DNA of 64,000 bases from Acidobacteriota bacterium (GTDB taxonomy: Bacteria; Acidobacteriota; Thermoanaerobaculia; Gp7-AA8). The notes under the pieces were generated by a model. That model was given only the letters and a program-made list of their open reading frames with translations, had not been told where the DNA came from and ran no database searches. Below, in pieces: positions 62,565-64,000 of this stretch. The position numbers and the translations under genes are program-made. Position 1 is the first letter of the stretch, and each line of letters begins with the position of its first letter. The stretch spans positions 32,001 through 96,000 of the forward strand of contig JAFATB010000025.1 in assembly GCA_019244185.1 (NCBI GenBank), read 5' to 3'.

Positions 62565-63515
62565 TTAGAATCGCACGCGCCCGAGGACGCTCTCCGCGGC
62601 GTCGTGCGGATTGTTGCGCTTGTGCAGCACGTCGTCGAGCATCGACTCGTACGCGTCGCGCGGAATCGTGCCGCCGATGACGCGCGCCATGAAGCCTTCT
62701 TTGAGCTGCGTCTCGATGCGGATGCGCACGCGGTCGCGGTTGCGCCGCACGAGCTCCCCCGATTCGGCGAGGTAGTCGTAGTGCTTCGCGATCGCGGCGT
62801 CGAGATCGTCGATGCCTTCGCGGCGCGACGCCACCGTCTTCACGATCGGCGGCACCCAGTCGCCGTGCTCTTCGACGAGCGACATCATCATCGTGATCTC
62901 GGTGACGGTCTTGTCCGCGCCGGGACGATCGGCTTTGTTGACGACGAAGACGTCGCCGATCTCCATGATGCCCGCCTTGATCGCCTGAATGTCGTCGCCC
63001 ATCCCCGGCACGAGCACGACGAGGTTCGTCTGCACGGTGCGTACGACTTCGACTTCGTCCTGCCCGACGCCGACGGTCTCGACGAGCACGACGTCGAAGC
63101 CGGCGGCGTCGAGGATGTCGACGACGTCGTTGGTCGCTTTCGCCAGTCCGCCGAGAAAGCCGCGCGTGGCCATCGAGCGGATGAAGACGCCGCGGTCGGT
63201 GTAGAGCTCCGTCATGCGGATGCGATCGCCGAGGATCGCGCCGCCGGTGAACGGCGAGGTCGGATCGACGGCGATGATCCCGACGCGCTTCTCCCGCGCG
63301 CGGTAATGCTTGGCCAGCGCCGCTACGAGCGTCGACTTCCCCGCGCCGGGCGAGCCGGTGATGCCGATGATGCGCGCGCGTCCGGTCGCCGGATAGACCT
63401 CCGCGAGCAGCTTCGCCGCGCGCGCATCGTGCGACTCGACGAGCGAGATCGCCTGCCCGAGAGCGCGCGGACGGCCGGAGGTGACGGCGGAGGCGAGAGC
63501 GTGGAGGTCCGTCAT
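62565..63515 (-). CDS. meaB: Methylmalonyl-CoA mutase-associated GTPase MeaB
   Basis: GITG.PGAGKST, AVDP.SP..GGAILGDR.RM, ETVGVGQ.E, NKAD motifs. Confidence 0.96.
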   Translation of the reverse strand: MTDLHALASAVTSGRPRALGQAISLVESHDARAAKLLAEVYPATGRARIIGITGSPGAGKSTLVAALAKHYRAREKRVGIIAVDPTSPFTGGAILGDRIRMTELYTDRGVFIRSMATRGFLGGLAKATNDVVDILDAAGFDVVLVETVGVGQDEVEVVRTVQTNLVVLVPGMGDDIQAIKAGIMEIGDVFVVNKADRPGADKTVTEITMMMSLVEEHGDWVPPIVKTVASRREGIDDLDAAIAKHYDYLAESGELVRRNRDRVRIRIETQLKEGFMARVIGGTIPRDAYESMLDDVLHKRNNPHDAAESVLGRVRF

Positions 63516-63525
63516 GGGAAAAGCT

Positions 63526-63620
63526 GAATGAAGAACGCAGAACGCAGAACGTAGAACGTAGAAAGGAGCACCGGTCTCCCCTTTCTCAATTCTTCATTCT
63601 GCGTTCTGCATTCTTCATTC
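63526..63620. repeat. Heptamer-built palindromic element, copy C (inverted relative to copy A)
   Basis: Its reverse complement shares GCAGAATGAAGAATTGAGAA and CGGTGCTCCTTTCTACGTTCT...TTCTGCGTTCTGCGTTCTTCATTC with copy A. Confidence 0.9.
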
Positions 63621-63633
63621 ATCGTCCTACGCC

Positions 63634-64000
63634 TCACTCCGCCAACAGGTTCCGCGCAATCACGACGCGCTGAATCTCCGACGTTCCCTCGCCGATCGTG
63701 CACAGCTTCACGTCGCGATAGTACTTCTCCGCCGGGAACTCTTTGATGAAGCCGTAGCCGCCGAAGATCTGCACGCCTTTCTCGGTCGCGCGCACCGCGA
63801 CCTCGGACGCATACAGCTTCGCCATCGCCGAGAACTGCGTCACGCGCTCGCCCGCGTCCTTGATCGTCGCGGCGCGATGGCAGAGCAGGCGCGCGGCGTC
63901 GATCTCCGTAGCCATGTCGGCAAGCATGAACTGGATCGCCTGGAAGCTGGCGATGGCCTGGCCGAACGCCTGCCGCTGTTTCGCATAGCCGCGCGCGGCC
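63634..64000 (-). CDS. Acyl-CoA dehydrogenase (C-terminal part; 5' end beyond window)
   Basis: [41 protein letters not shown] motifs. Confidence 0.95.
   Translation of the reverse strand, partial: AARGYAKQRQAFGQAIASFQAIQFMLADMATEIDAARLLCHRAATIKDAGERVTQFSAMAKLYASEVAVRATEKGVQIFGGYGFIKEFPAEKYYRDVKLCTIGEGTSEIQRVVIARNLLAE

Overview
High-GC bacterial chromosomal window. Gene content and order suggest a diderm such as Acidobacteriota/Thermoanaerobaculia; this is an inference. Most of the window is housekeeping: pyk, DAHP synthase, kdsB-pyrG...kdsA, recD2, metK, tRNA-Arg(CCT), tolQ-tolR-tolA-tolB-pal-cpoB, rpsT, lptE-leuS, dtd, ssb, nagZ-mutS, acp-fabF, hemW and meaB. I saw no transposase, integrase, phage gene or CRISPR array. 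The best candidate for an undescribed system is a membrane Ser/Thr kinase-TPR gene followed by two small paralogous proteins that both carry DPEIVLEPP at the C-terminus, resembling self-cleaving Asp-Pro (DP-EP-like) proteins. A 13-bp tandem duplication masks what would be a stop/start coupling between the kinase and the first small gene. Other notable signals are a ~340-bp array of 21-bp quasi-palindromic repeats after rpsT, two families of dispersed palindromic elements, a DUF2442 gene that seems to carry the first codons of a deleted DUF4160 partner, many leaderless or short-leader promoters (including a 17-bp bidirectional one), probable CTG starts and candidate sigma-54 promoters. All family assignments come from recognising motifs by eye; no database searches were run.
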